A stretch of DNA of 64,000 bases from Hyphomicrobiaceae bacterium (GTDB lineage Bacteria > Pseudomonadota > Alphaproteobacteria > Rhizobiales > Hyphomicrobiaceae). The notes beneath the pieces were generated by a model that did no database searches, was not told where the DNA came from, and worked only from the letters and a program-made list of their open reading frames with translations. Below, piece after piece: positions 29,809 through 39,645 of this stretch. The DNA lies in the NCBI GenBank assembly GCA_020638055.1, contig JACKJH010000001.1, forward strand, positions 863,520 through 927,519, written 5' to 3'. A program made the position numbers and the translations under genes. The stretch's first letter is position 1; each line of letters opens with the position of its first letter.

Positions 29809-30642
29809 CTACTTGAAAAGGACGAGGCTCAGAGCCAACGCGGCCATTCCCGTGACCATGCCGTAAACGGTTTCATGGCCTTGCGAATAGCGCTTGGCCT
29901 CGGGCATCAGTTCGTCGAGGGCAAGAAATACCATGACACCTGCAATGATGCCGAACACGGCGCCGAACACGGCCTGGGTGAGGAATGGCGCAAGAAGAAG
30001 ATAGCCGATGAGCGCGCCGGCTGGTTCGGCAAGTGCTGAAATGGCGGTTGCAGCGACGGCCTTTGCTCGGCTTCCCGTGGCGTAATATACGGGAATGGCG
30101 ATAGAGACGCCTTCTGGAATGTTATGAATGGCGATTGCCATTGCCAGTGGCATGCCGACGACTGGGTTGTCGAGGGTTGCAAAGAACGTTGCCAGGCCCT
30201 CGGGGAAATTATGCGCAGTGATGGCCATGGCGGCAAGCAGGCCAACACGCGCAACGTTGGGCTTGGCGACGCCGGCGTGGTGGTGGCCGTGTTCGTGCAA
30301 CACCTCGCGTTCGTCCATGCCTTCGTGCGGATTGGGGATGACGCGGTCGATGACTGCAAGCATCAGGATGCCAGCGAAGAAGGCGAGCGTGGCGTAGGCG
30401 TATCCGGTTTTGACGCCATACCCTGCTGTGAAGGCGATGACAGATTTGTTGAAGATCTCCACCAGAGAAACATAGACCATTGCGCCGCCAGCAAAGGCTA
30501 ATCCGAAAGCCAAAAGCCGCGGATTGGCGTTATTGGCTCGCAATACAAAGACCGAACCCAGAATGGTCGCGGCAGCGGCTGCTGCGCAAACGCCAAACGC
30601 AATAAGGACGGGTTCGGAGAAAAAACCGGGTGGTGCGTACAT
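29809..30642 (-). CDS. zupT: ZIP-family zinc transporter
   Basis: HNFPEGLA and HNIPEG motifs with His-rich loops. Confidence 0.8.
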   Translation of the reverse strand: MYAPPGFFSEPVLIAFGVCAAAAAATILGSVFVLRANNANPRLLAFGLAFAGGAMVYVSLVEIFNKSVIAFTAGYGVKTGYAYATLAFFAGILMLAVIDRVIPNPHEGMDEREVLHEHGHHHAGVAKPNVARVGLLAAMAITAHNFPEGLATFFATLDNPVVGMPLAMAIAIHNIPEGVSIAIPVYYATGSRAKAVAATAISALAEPAGALIGYLLLAPFLTQAVFGAVFGIIAGVMVFLALDELMPEAKRYSQGHETVYGMVTGMAALALSLVLFK

Positions 30643-30895
30643 TCGGGCTGGAATCCGGTTGGGCCAATTGCCTTGGCCTCGGGCTGCGCGGTGGAATTGT
30701 AGTCGAGCGCGCCTTTATCCAGACAGTGTAAATTTGAGTCTAATGGTGAACCGGGTTGCATGGCAAGCGCGTGCAATTTTGCCGCATTCGTATTATTTAT
30801 GGCGCTCCCCGTTGGACGCCATGTGACCGGGCTCGCTGAGACCCGGCTGGCGCGCGCCGCTGTGCGGTGAGCGTGTTCCGTGTCCCCTGGGGTTT

Positions 30896-30970
30896 GAGGT
30901 TGTAGCTCATTGGTAGAGCACCCGGCATTCGGCCGGTAGGTAGGGGGTTCGATTCCCTTCAACTTCTCCA
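30896..30970 (+). tRNA. tRNA-like gene with canonical acceptor, D and T arms and an encoded CCA, but a non-canonical anticodon loop (A at position 33)
   Basis: GAGGTTG-TA-GCTCATTGGTAGAGC-A-CCCGG-CATTCGG-CCGGT-AGGTA-GGGGGTTCGATTCCCTT-CAACTTC-T-CCA. The loop would give a UUC anticodon, but U33 is missing and pair 27-43 is mismatched. Confidence 0.45.
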
Positions 30971-31041
30971 GCAACTAGCTCAGTGGGTAGAGCAAAGGAC
31001 TTTTAATCCTTGGGTAGCGGGTTCGAATCCCGCGTTGCCAA
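30969..31041 (+). tRNA. tRNA-Lys(UUU)-like gene. Its 5' end overlaps the CCA of the preceding tRNA, and the first two acceptor pairs are mismatched.
   Basis: TAGCTCAGTGGGTAGAGC D arm, AAGGA-CTTTTAA-TCCTT anticodon arm, GCGGGTTCGAATCCCGC T arm. The acceptor CAGCAAC/GTTGCCA pairs only 5 of 7. Confidence 0.55.
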
Positions 31042-31417
31042 TGTGCCTGTAAAGCACAATCGGTTTAGGTCCGATCCTGTCGGAAGACACCACTTGAGGG
31101 AAGCCGGTTGCTGACCCGCCGCGCTGCTGGATCTGGAGGCTACGGCTGAAGGTGATAGCGGCAAGGCAAGCGCAGGAGCACCCTGCGCCTGCGTGGATAC
31201 CGGTTCTGAGCAAAGCCGGAGCCTTTGGCCCCTTTGCGTTCCGCCTTCGGGCGGGCGCACCGCAGCCTCAGGTGAAAGGTGGAGAGTGGAGCCTCAAGCG
31301 CGGGCCCGTGTTTTCCTGCGTGGTTGGCGATCGGTGACCCGTTGCCGGTTATTTTCGTGGCCATTCCCGGAGTGGCCTCATTACTTTGTATGTAGACGAT
31401 AAAAAGGAGCGCAGGAC

Positions 31418-32584
31418 ATGCGCCATTATGGTTTGCTTTTCGATGTCGTCGTGAAGGACGATGAGCGTGGATTTCTGTATCAAGACGGCCGCTTTGTCCG
31501 CCTGCTTGAGCCTGGCCGGTTTCGCACGTTTGACCCATCGGCAAAAATGAGCGCCGATGTGATGAAGGTTGTGCGCTCTGAAATTCCTGCAGAGCGCGCC
31601 CTTCTGATGGAAAAGACGCAGCCGCGGCTTGCGGAAACCCACTTTGTGATCGTGCAGGCGGGGGCGAATGAGGTTGCCATCGTGTCGTTCGATGGTGAGC
31701 CCAAGCATCTTGTTCTGCCCAATACGACGCGCGCGTTCTGGAAGACGTTGACGCAGGTCGATGTCGAGTTGATCGATACGCAAGCCGACATGCGCATTTC
31801 AAAGCGGCATCTCGACCGGCTTGATCTGAACCGGGTGCCGGTAGCGGTCAACGCAATCATCGAGGCGCACGAGGCTGGTCTATTGGTGGTCGATGGTAAG
31901 CTTGAGGGACGTTTGCCGCCGGGACGTCATGCGTTCTGGCAGGTGGGACGTACCGTCAAGGTGGTGAAGGTTGATCTGCGCCCGCAGCCATTGGAGATTA
32001 CGGCGCAGGAGATCTTGACCAAGGATCGTGTCGGTGTCCGTGTGACGTTGACGGCGTTCTACCAGATTGCTGACCCTGAAAAGGCGGCGATGGCGTCTGG
32101 CGACGTGCCGGGAACGCTGTACCGGCTTGTGCAGTTTGCAATTCGCGAGGCGGTGGCGACACGCACGCTCGATGATATCCTTGCGGCGCGCGATACCATC
32201 GATGAGGAGGTTCGCGCATTCGTAAAGGGACGCGTGATCGAGCTTGGTGCACAGGTGAAGGAGATCGGTGTCAAGGACGTGATCCTGCCGGGTGATGTGC
32301 GAGAACTCCTCAACAAGGTTGTTGAGGCGGAGCGCGTGGCCAAGGCCAACCTGATCCGGCGCCAGGAGGAAACGGCGGCGACACGTTCGTTGCTCAACAC
32401 GTCGCGATTGATGGAGGATAATCCGCTGTTGATGCGGCTCAAGGAACTCGAAGCGCTGGAGAAGCTCGTCGAGAAGGTGGGCCGCATCGACCTGCATACC
32501 GGTCAGGGCGCGGGTGGCTTGGATGCCCTGCTGCAGAACCTCTATTCGTTGGGCGACGCCAAGTCGCGCACAAAGTCCGATTGA
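31418..32584 (+). CDS. SPFH/band-7 domain protein with a ~160-aa N-terminal soluble extension
   Basis: Central region LEITAQEILTKDRVGVRVTLTAFYQIADPEKA...LYRLVQFAIREAVATRTLDDIL matches the SPFH fold. A coiled-coil C-terminus. No obvious TM. Confidence 0.65.
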   Translation: MRHYGLLFDVVVKDDERGFLYQDGRFVRLLEPGRFRTFDPSAKMSADVMKVVRSEIPAERALLMEKTQPRLAETHFVIVQAGANEVAIVSFDGEPKHLVLPNTTRAFWKTLTQVDVELIDTQADMRISKRHLDRLDLNRVPVAVNAIIEAHEAGLLVVDGKLEGRLPPGRHAFWQVGRTVKVVKVDLRPQPLEITAQEILTKDRVGVRVTLTAFYQIADPEKAAMASGDVPGTLYRLVQFAIREAVATRTLDDILAARDTIDEEVRAFVKGRVIELGAQVKEIGVKDVILPGDVRELLNKVVEAERVAKANLIRRQEETAATRSLLNTSRLMEDNPLLMRLKELEALEKLVEKVGRIDLHTGQGAGGLDALLQNLYSLGDAKSRTKSD

Positions 32585-32657
32585 TGTGAGGTAGGGTCGC
32601 GCGTCGCGTTGATGACGGCGTGGCGCGCGCTCCCTTCGCCACATCAATGGACAAGGC

Positions 32658-33179
32658 ATGGATATCCATCTCACCGATTTTGAAATTTCTCTGTTCGATT
32701 CAATCGTGTTTCCGCCTGACGATGATGGGCTTGACGAACAGAGCAAGGCCAACAATGTGGAGCTGGCACGCATTCTCGCAGTGTCGCTGATGGAACGTGA
32801 TGCAGTGCCCGAGCACAGGCGGAAGTTCTTCGACGAGCCTGAGCACAACATGGGCCAGTCGCAATCGGTGCGGGCGGTACTGCAAGCGCGCAATGGCGCA
32901 GGTGACCAGCTCTATGAGCAGTCCGGTTTTTTGAAGTATCTGCGTTATTTCATTTGCGGCCCGGAATTGCCCGAGAAGGTCGAGCGCGCGTTCCGAAGGG
33001 AGCTTGAAGAACGCGGCGGCACGGGACATCGCCGGCTGGTTGGCAAGGTCAAAGAGATGACGCGCAATATCAACGCAACCGAAGACCAGCGTGAGAAGTT
33101 CTATCAACAAGCACTCGAGTTCGGTTTGGATGCCGAAGCTGCGCGCGAAATTGCAATGGCCGTTAAAGCGACAGATTGA
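32658..33179 (+). CDS. hypothetical protein, likely co-transcribed with the SPFH gene
   Basis: 173 aa, acidic, no recognisable motif. The gap to the upstream gene is 73 bp. Confidence 0.4.
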   Translation: MDIHLTDFEISLFDSIVFPPDDDGLDEQSKANNVELARILAVSLMERDAVPEHRRKFFDEPEHNMGQSQSVRAVLQARNGAGDQLYEQSGFLKYLRYFICGPELPEKVERAFRRELEERGGTGHRRLVGKVKEMTRNINATEDQREKFYQQALEFGLDAEAAREIAMAVKATD

Positions 33180-33225
33180 GCCTTGCTTTTGTTAACAGAT
33201 GGGCTCGCAACGTTGCAAGATCGGA

Positions 33226-34224
33226 CTACCAGCGCCAGACGATCGATCCGCCAGTGAGACCTGCGCCGGCTGCGCTAAACAGGATGATGTCGCCAGGGCG
33301 ATATGTGCGTTGGGCCGCTAGCAGCGACATCGTGAAGGGAATTGTTGCGGCTGAACTGTTGCCGTATTTTTCTACCGATACCAATGTTCGTTCGGCAGCG
33401 ATTTCCAGCTTGTTTCGCGTGGCCTCGATGATGCGCGTGTTGGCCTGGTGGGGTAGCCAGTGGGTGATGCCGTTGGTGTCGTGCCCGGCGGCGGCGAGGG
33501 CGGAGCGCGCGGTGGTCGCCATCATGTCGACGGCTTTGACAAATACAGCCTTGCCATCGCTGATCTGCATGAGCGTGTCGGTTTCAGATAACTCCCGGTG
33601 GAAGGGATTGCGGCTGCCACCTGCCGGTATCTTGATCAGGTCGTAGCCACCGCCGTCTGCTGCAAGCTCACAGCCGATGAGACCTGCACCTGTCCGTTGG
33701 GTGGGCTTTATCACGACAGCGCCTGCAGCATCTGCAAAAAGTACAGCGCTTGCACGCTCGGCAGGGTTTATGCGGCGGGAGAGGATATTGGCGGCGATGA
33801 CAAGAACACATTTTTGTTGAACGCGCGCAAAACTATCCGCGAACGCGAGGGCGTAGAGAAAGCCCGCGCAGGCGCCGGCCATGTCGATTGCGCCGGATCG
33901 CGTCAGGCCAAGCCGGTACGCCACGAGCGGTGCGGATGGCGGCAACAGATGGTCGGGGGTTGAAGTTGCGAGAATGGTGAGTGCGATGTCGCTCGGGTCG
34001 AGACCGGCGTTTGCAAGCGCCATTTGGCCGGCTTCAATCGCCATGTCCGACAATGCTTCGTCGGTGGCTGCGAAGCGGCGTTCTTCAATTCCCGTGCGCC
34101 GCTTGATCCATCCGTCATCAAGGCCGAGGTTGGCTTCAATTTCATGATTGGTGACGATGTGGGCGGGCGCATAGTGTCCCAGACCAATGATTTCGGTGCC
34201 GCTCTTGATGTGCGTTCTACTCAT
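33226..34224 (-). CDS. bioZ: 3-oxoacyl-ACP synthase III-like protein of the biotin operon (BioZ)
   Basis: FabH-like Cys-His-Asn architecture (AGCAGF...). Terminal gene of a bioBFDAZ arrangement. Confidence 0.7.
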   Translation of the reverse strand: MSRTHIKSGTEIIGLGHYAPAHIVTNHEIEANLGLDDGWIKRRTGIEERRFAATDEALSDMAIEAGQMALANAGLDPSDIALTILATSTPDHLLPPSAPLVAYRLGLTRSGAIDMAGACAGFLYALAFADSFARVQQKCVLVIAANILSRRINPAERASAVLFADAAGAVVIKPTQRTGAGLIGCELAADGGGYDLIKIPAGGSRNPFHRELSETDTLMQISDGKAVFVKAVDMMATTARSALAAAGHDTNGITHWLPHQANTRIIEATRNKLEIAAERTLVSVEKYGNSSAATIPFTMSLLAAQRTYRPGDIILFSAAGAGLTGGSIVWRW

Positions 34225-35501
34225 TGGCCTGCCTCCATGCGCACGAGCTGTTCGCCTGAGAGGATGGACGAATAAACATGATCAAGATCATCAGAACTTA
34301 TGCAATAAGGTGGCATGACATAAACCGTGTTGCCGAGTGGACGCAGCAGAACTCCGTGCGCGAGAAAATGCCGCTGTAATCTGGGTCCGATGGAGGCCAT
34401 GTATCCGCCATCGGTAACCGTGATGTCGAGTGCTGCAATGGTTCCAATCTGGCGAATATTAGAAAAGCGGTTATCGACACCAATAGCGTTGAGGTGACGT
34501 TGCTGCTTTTCGGCGAGCTTGGCAATGCGCTCCAGAACTGGTTCGTGCCGCCAGATTTTTGTGTTTGCCAAGGCTGCGGCGCAAGCGACTGGGTTGGCGG
34601 TGAACGATGACGAGTGAAAAAACGTCTTGGTGCGATCCTGCGAATAATGGGACGCGAATATTCCTTCTCGGGCGAGTGTGGCGGCGAGCGGAATGGCGCC
34701 GCCGGTCAGGCCTTTTGCCGTGCAAAGTATGTCAGGTGAAACGGCGGCCTGTTCGCAGGCAAACAGCGTGCCTGTGCGTCCCCATCCGGTCATGACTTCG
34801 TCTGCAATGAGCAGTGTGCCGTAGTGGCGTGCAATGCGCGCCATCTCGGCAAGAACGCGCGGCGCATAGATGAGCATGCCGCCAGCACCAAGAATCAATG
34901 GTTCGACGATGAGCGCGGCGACGTCGCGCTTGCGGCAAGCCTCGTCGATGGCGTCAAACGTGGCCTGTTCGTTGTTCGCGGCGGGGAACGGAATTCGTGT
35001 GACATCGTAGAGGAGCGGCGCGTAGGCATCATTGAACACACCGCGAGCTCCAGGCGCCATCGTGCCAATGGTATCGCCGTGGTAGGCGTGTTCCAATGCA
35101 AGGACGCGGGTTCGCTTATCACCGAGGTTGTGGAAGTGGCCGAGCGCCATCTTCAATGCGACTTCGACGGACGTAGAGCCGCTGTCGGAATAGAAAACGC
35201 GCGTCAGGCCGGCTGGTGCAAGGTCGATCAATTCGCGCGCGAGCTGTTCGGCCGGTTCGTGGGTGAAGCCAGCGAAGATGACCTGATCGAGCGTTCCTGC
35301 CTGCTCCTTGATCGCCGCCATGATTTGGGGATGGCAATGCCCATGTGTAATCACCCACCAAGAAGAGATGGCGTCAATGATGACGCCTTCTTCCAACGTC
35401 CATAGGTGCGCACCGTCTGCGTGCGTGATGGTTAGCGGTGGCGGCGCTATGGCGTGTTGCGTGAAAGGATGCCAGACGGGTGATGTGCCGGTGCTGCTCA
35501 T
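34221..35501 (-). CDS. bioA: adenosylmethionine-8-amino-7-oxononanoate aminotransferase
   Basis: Class III PLP aminotransferase motifs. Overlaps bioZ and bioD. Confidence 0.8.
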   Translation of the reverse strand: MSSTGTSPVWHPFTQHAIAPPPLTITHADGAHLWTLEEGVIIDAISSWWVITHGHCHPQIMAAIKEQAGTLDQVIFAGFTHEPAEQLARELIDLAPAGLTRVFYSDSGSTSVEVALKMALGHFHNLGDKRTRVLALEHAYHGDTIGTMAPGARGVFNDAYAPLLYDVTRIPFPAANNEQATFDAIDEACRKRDVAALIVEPLILGAGGMLIYAPRVLAEMARIARHYGTLLIADEVMTGWGRTGTLFACEQAAVSPDILCTAKGLTGGAIPLAATLAREGIFASHYSQDRTKTFFHSSSFTANPVACAAALANTKIWRHEPVLERIAKLAEKQQRHLNAIGVDNRFSNIRQIGTIAALDITVTDGGYMASIGPRLQRHFLAHGVLLRPLGNTVYVMPPYCISSDDLDHVYSSILSGEQLVRMEAGQ

Positions 35502-36145
35502 TGTGTTTTTCGCAAGCGTTGCCTCAGTGGCGCGATGTCCAGGTGCTGGCTGGCTGCGGCCGCAAGTGTTTGCGCATCTAGCGGTGACAGGTGGGGTACT
35601 CGCCCCAGAACAATGGCGCCAGAGAATTTCGCAATGGTGCGTTCGGTATCAGTGTTTTGAGGGCCTGTGAAGACCAACCCGGCGATAGCTATGTCGCGTC
35701 GCTGCAAGGCTTCCACGGAAAGCAGCGTGTGGTTAATGGTGCCAAGTCTTGTCGATGCGACCAGCACTGTCGGCAGGCTCCATCCGGCCATCAGGTCTAT
35801 TTGCAAGAGGTGGCGTGTAATAGGAACCAACAGTCCACCAGCCGTTTCGATGATGAGAGGTGCCTGGGTTTGCGGCGGGGCCAGACGGCGAGGGTCAATC
35901 TCAATGTCGTCCAGCTCTGCTGCGCGGTGGGGAGAGGCGGGTGTTTTCAGGCGATAGACTTCATCCAAAGCGCGTGCGGGATCGATAGCGGCGAGGCGGA
36001 TCACGGTGTCGCGGTCGGTTTCATCTTCGAGTCCAGCCTGCACAGGCTTCCAGTAGATGCCGTCCAACAATCCAACGAGGGCTGCTGACACGACAGTTTT
36101 TCCAATGCTCGTGTCGGTTCCCGAAACAACGATTGCGTTGGTCAT
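35498..36145 (-). CDS. bioD: dethiobiotin synthetase
   Basis: N-terminal P-loop VSGTDTSIGKT. Confidence 0.8.
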   Translation of the reverse strand: MTNAIVVSGTDTSIGKTVVSAALVGLLDGIYWKPVQAGLEDETDRDTVIRLAAIDPARALDEVYRLKTPASPHRAAELDDIEIDPRRLAPPQTQAPLIIETAGGLLVPITRHLLQIDLMAGWSLPTVLVASTRLGTINHTLLSVEALQRRDIAIAGLVFTGPQNTDTERTIAKFSGAIVLGRVPHLSPLDAQTLAAAASQHLDIAPLRQRLRKTQ

Positions 36146-37275
36146 GGTGCTGTCTCGTTGAGCAGCGGCGCGAGGATGTCAATCATGTGGGTGATGTCGT
36201 CTGTGGTGACGTTGAGCGTCAGCGAGAGGCGCAGACGTGCTGATCCCTCCGGTACTGTTGGCGGGCGGATGGCGCGGACATCGAAACCCGCGTTTTGCAA
36301 TGCTGTGGCAATTGCGAGCGCGCGCGCATCGCGACCGACAATGACGGGCTGAATGTGCGTCCCGGTTGGCGTGACGCCGCAGCGTGCTTTTAGCAGTGTT
36401 CCCGTGTGAGCTGTGAGCGCAGCAAGATTTTCACGCTTGCCAATTGCGGTGCGGATGATGCCGAGCGCGGCGCGTACGGTGGCTGCCATCAAGGGTGAGG
36501 GCGCGGTGGCGTAGATGAACGGGCGGGCGCGGTTGACCATATAGTCGCGCAGGATTGCGGGCAAAGTAATGATGGCCCCCGATGCGCCGAGTGCCTTGCC
36601 GCATGTATGAAGCGCGATGACATTATCGTTGCCTTCAAGCCTGGCGCCCAGCCCCCTGCCGTGCTGGCCCAGCACGCCGGTCGCGTGTGCCTCGTCGAGG
36701 ACCAGCATGGCGTCGTGGTATTGGGCGACATCTGCCAGTTGGTGTAGGGGTGCTGTGTCACCGTCCATGGAGTAAAGCGTTTCGATAGCAATCCATGGCC
36801 GTCCCTTTCCGCCGCTTTTGCGCCAAGCGATGATCGCGTCTGCTGCTGCATCGGGGTCGTTGTGGGAAAAGGCGCGGTGCTCGGCGCGCGACATGGCCAT
36901 GCCATCATGGACGGATGCGTGAATGAGCGCGTCATGCACGATTAGGTCGCCGCGTTGTGGCAGAGCTGCAAAAAGCGCAGTGTTTGCGGCAAAGCCGCTG
37001 TTGAAGAAGAGTGCGGTCTGGGCGGCAAAGAACTCTGCTGCTTCGGTTTCGAGCAACTCGTGTTCGGGGTGATTGCCGCGCAAGAGGCGTGATCCGCCAG
37101 CGCCAACGGGCACGCCGTTTTCCAGGGCGGTGCGGGCAGCTTTTTTCAAGGCATCGGATTGTGCGATCCCGAGGTAGTCGTTCGAGGAGAAATCGAGGCC
37201 CTGGCGAGGTTGGAGCGTGCGTATGCGTTGGCGGCGTGCAAGCGCGTCAAGCGATCGGCGATGCGTGTCGTGCAT
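36142..37275 (-). CDS. bioF: 8-amino-7-oxononanoate synthase
   Basis: PLP-dependent acyltransferase with SMDGD near the Lys motif. Confidence 0.8.
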   Translation of the reverse strand: MHDTHRRSLDALARRQRIRTLQPRQGLDFSSNDYLGIAQSDALKKAARTALENGVPVGAGGSRLLRGNHPEHELLETEAAEFFAAQTALFFNSGFAANTALFAALPQRGDLIVHDALIHASVHDGMAMSRAEHRAFSHNDPDAAADAIIAWRKSGGKGRPWIAIETLYSMDGDTAPLHQLADVAQYHDAMLVLDEAHATGVLGQHGRGLGARLEGNDNVIALHTCGKALGASGAIITLPAILRDYMVNRARPFIYATAPSPLMAATVRAALGIIRTAIGKRENLAALTAHTGTLLKARCGVTPTGTHIQPVIVGRDARALAIATALQNAGFDVRAIRPPTVPEGSARLRLSLTLNVTTDDITHMIDILAPLLNETAP

Positions 37276-37281
37276 CTGCCT

Positions 37282-38361
37282 TCATCCGGTCTGAACCCGG
37301 GCTCCCTCATTGGTGGGATCGGTGACGTCGCAGGCTCGTGTTGCGGTGGTCTGGCGTGTTGCGACGTTTGCTTCGCTCTCAAGGCCCTTTATGCCAAGAC
37401 GCCGGAACAAGGCTTCGTCCTTGTCCTCGCCGGGGTTGTCGGTGGTCAACAATGTATCGCCGACGAAAATAGAGTTGGCTCCGGCAAAGAAGCAGAGCGC
37501 TTGCAACTCGTCGCTCATCTCGGTGCGACCAGCGGAAAGCCGCACGAATGAGCGCGGCATCATGATGCGTGCAAGGGCAATGGTGCGGACGAAGTCGATG
37601 GGGTCGATAGGTGGAGTATTTTCAAGCGGCGTGCCCGGAATTGCGATCAGCATGTTGATGGGCACGCTCTCGGGGTGCTGGTCGAGCGTGGCGAGCGTGA
37701 CCAGCATATCGACGCGATCATTTTCGGTTTCACCCATGCCGATGATGCCGCCCGAGCAGACTTTCATTCCCGCTGTGCGGACGCGCTCCAGGGTGTCCAG
37801 GCGGTCGGCGAAGGTGCGCGTCGAGATGATTTCAGAATAATACCGTTCCGAGGTATCTATGTTGTGGTTGTAGTAATCGAGGCCGGCTGTCTTCAGGCGG
37901 GCGATATCTTCATCTGATAGCATGCCAAGTGTCATGCACGTCTCAAGCCCCATCGCCTTGACACCTTCTACCATCGCAACGACGGCATCCATGTCGCGGT
38001 TCTTGGGTTCGCGCCAGGCCGCGCCCATGCAATATCGCGTGGCGCCACCGTCCTTGGCTTTTTTGGCGGCGGCCAGAACGCGCTCGACTTCCATCAACTT
38101 GGACGCCTTGAGACCGGAGGGGTGATGTGCGGACTGGCTGCAATAACCGCAGTCTTCCGCGCAGCCGCCAGTCTTGATTGACAAAAGCTGGCTCTTTTGG
38201 ACGCGGTTGGGATCGAAATTGGCGCGGTGTACGGTCTGGGCGCGGAACAATAGATCGTTGAAGGGAAGTGCGTAAAGCGCTGCGGCTTCGCCCCTCGTCC
38301 AGTCGCGGCGCGGCACACTGGCATCGTTGGTTTGCCGGTTGTCGGGCGTTCTGGTCAGCAT
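37282..38361 (-). CDS. bioB: biotin synthase (radical SAM)
   Basis: [10 protein letters not shown] radical-SAM cluster motif plus GGIIGMGE. Confidence 0.9.
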   Translation of the reverse strand: MLTRTPDNRQTNDASVPRRDWTRGEAAALYALPFNDLLFRAQTVHRANFDPNRVQKSQLLSIKTGGCAEDCGYCSQSAHHPSGLKASKLMEVERVLAAAKKAKDGGATRYCMGAAWREPKNRDMDAVVAMVEGVKAMGLETCMTLGMLSDEDIARLKTAGLDYYNHNIDTSERYYSEIISTRTFADRLDTLERVRTAGMKVCSGGIIGMGETENDRVDMLVTLATLDQHPESVPINMLIAIPGTPLENTPPIDPIDFVRTIALARIMMPRSFVRLSAGRTEMSDELQALCFFAGANSIFVGDTLLTTDNPGEDKDEALFRRLGIKGLESEANVATRQTTATRACDVTDPTNEGARVQTG

Positions 38362-38675
38362 GGTACAATTTCCCGTCAGTCAGGTCGTGGTGGTTTGAAC
38401 TTTTCCTGGAGGTTGTTTGCACGCGGTGGCGTTCCGGGGCAAGGCGGTTGTTGGTACTTAAGGTGCTTGAAGGCGCCGATACAACGGGTTTGACCACGAG
38501 TTTGCCGGCCTCAGAGGGTGGCAAGACCAAATACTCCATTGTCTGGAACGAGTTAACTCGCTTGTCGGTAAAGTCAAAAGAAGCGCCAACTGTCCGCATT
38601 CTGCCTTACGCGAGTTTCCCGAATACATCGGGGCGCATTTTGTAGCAGTGTGGCGATTGTGGCAGTGTTGCTGGA

Positions 38676-39392
38676 TTGGATCATTGCTCAGTTCATAAGG
38701 GGTTTAAGTTGACTTACGTTTTTGCGCCACCACCACGCCCAGCGTTGCCGGTCGCTGGATCTGAACTGATGTTTCCCCTTCGGAGGGTATATTGCATCGG
38801 GCGGAATTATGCGGCGCACGCACGAGAAATGGGGCACGATCCTGAGCGGGAGCCGCCGTTCTTTTTTCAGAAAAACCCGGATGACATCTGTGCCGATGGA
38901 GTTTTCCCTTTTCCTGAATTGTCGAATGACGTGCATTTTGAGATTGAAATGGCGGTTTTTTTGTCGGCCGGTGGAATGAACATTTCTGAGGCCGATGCTG
39001 AAAGTTGCATTTTTGGATATGCGGTTGCTTTGGATATGACGCGGCGCGATTTGCAAGGGCAGGCAAAGAAACTCGGGCGTCCCTGGGAAGTCGGAAAATC
39101 CTTTGCGCAATCGGCACCGGCAGGTCCGGTTTATCCAGCCAAGAATATCGGTCATCCGCGATCAGGCGAGATTTCGCTCGACCAAAACGGAGTGCGCCGG
39201 CAAACGGGAGATCTCTCGCAGATGATCTGGAGTGTGAACGAGCAAATTTGCACCCTTTCAAGGTATTTTACACTTGCTCCAGGTGACGTCATTTTGACCG
39301 GCACTCCCGCCGGTGTGGGTGCAGTCTCCCGGGGAGACCTCCTTTGTGGTCGTATTGCAGGCGTGGGGGAGATTGAGGTGAAGGTCGTCTGA
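38676..39392 (+). CDS. fumarylacetoacetate hydrolase (FAH)-family protein
   Basis: FAH-fold motifs IGRNYAAHAREMG and DVILTGTPAGVG. Confidence 0.7.
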   Translation: MDHCSVHKGFKLTYVFAPPPRPALPVAGSELMFPLRRVYCIGRNYAAHAREMGHDPEREPPFFFQKNPDDICADGVFPFPELSNDVHFEIEMAVFLSAGGMNISEADAESCIFGYAVALDMTRRDLQGQAKKLGRPWEVGKSFAQSAPAGPVYPAKNIGHPRSGEISLDQNGVRRQTGDLSQMIWSVNEQICTLSRYFTLAPGDVILTGTPAGVGAVSRGDLLCGRIAGVGEIEVKVV

Positions 39393-39645
39393 CGGGAAAA
39401 AAAAGGTTTGGGACCTATATTGGCGCCCTATGTTGGCGCCTTTCAATATTCTTTTCTTGAATTCATTTTCGAGTTTCAAAAACTTTATCGGCGGTTATTT
39501 TTGGTTTTTCTGAAATAATTTCAACCTGCAAAATAACAGCATAAATACGGGGGGTGAATTTAATAAACTATACGCAGGAGATACGCGGGAGATTTGTAAA
39601 ACTTTGCGTTTTGGTGCGTGCAATTCCGGGGACGGCAGCGGGAAC

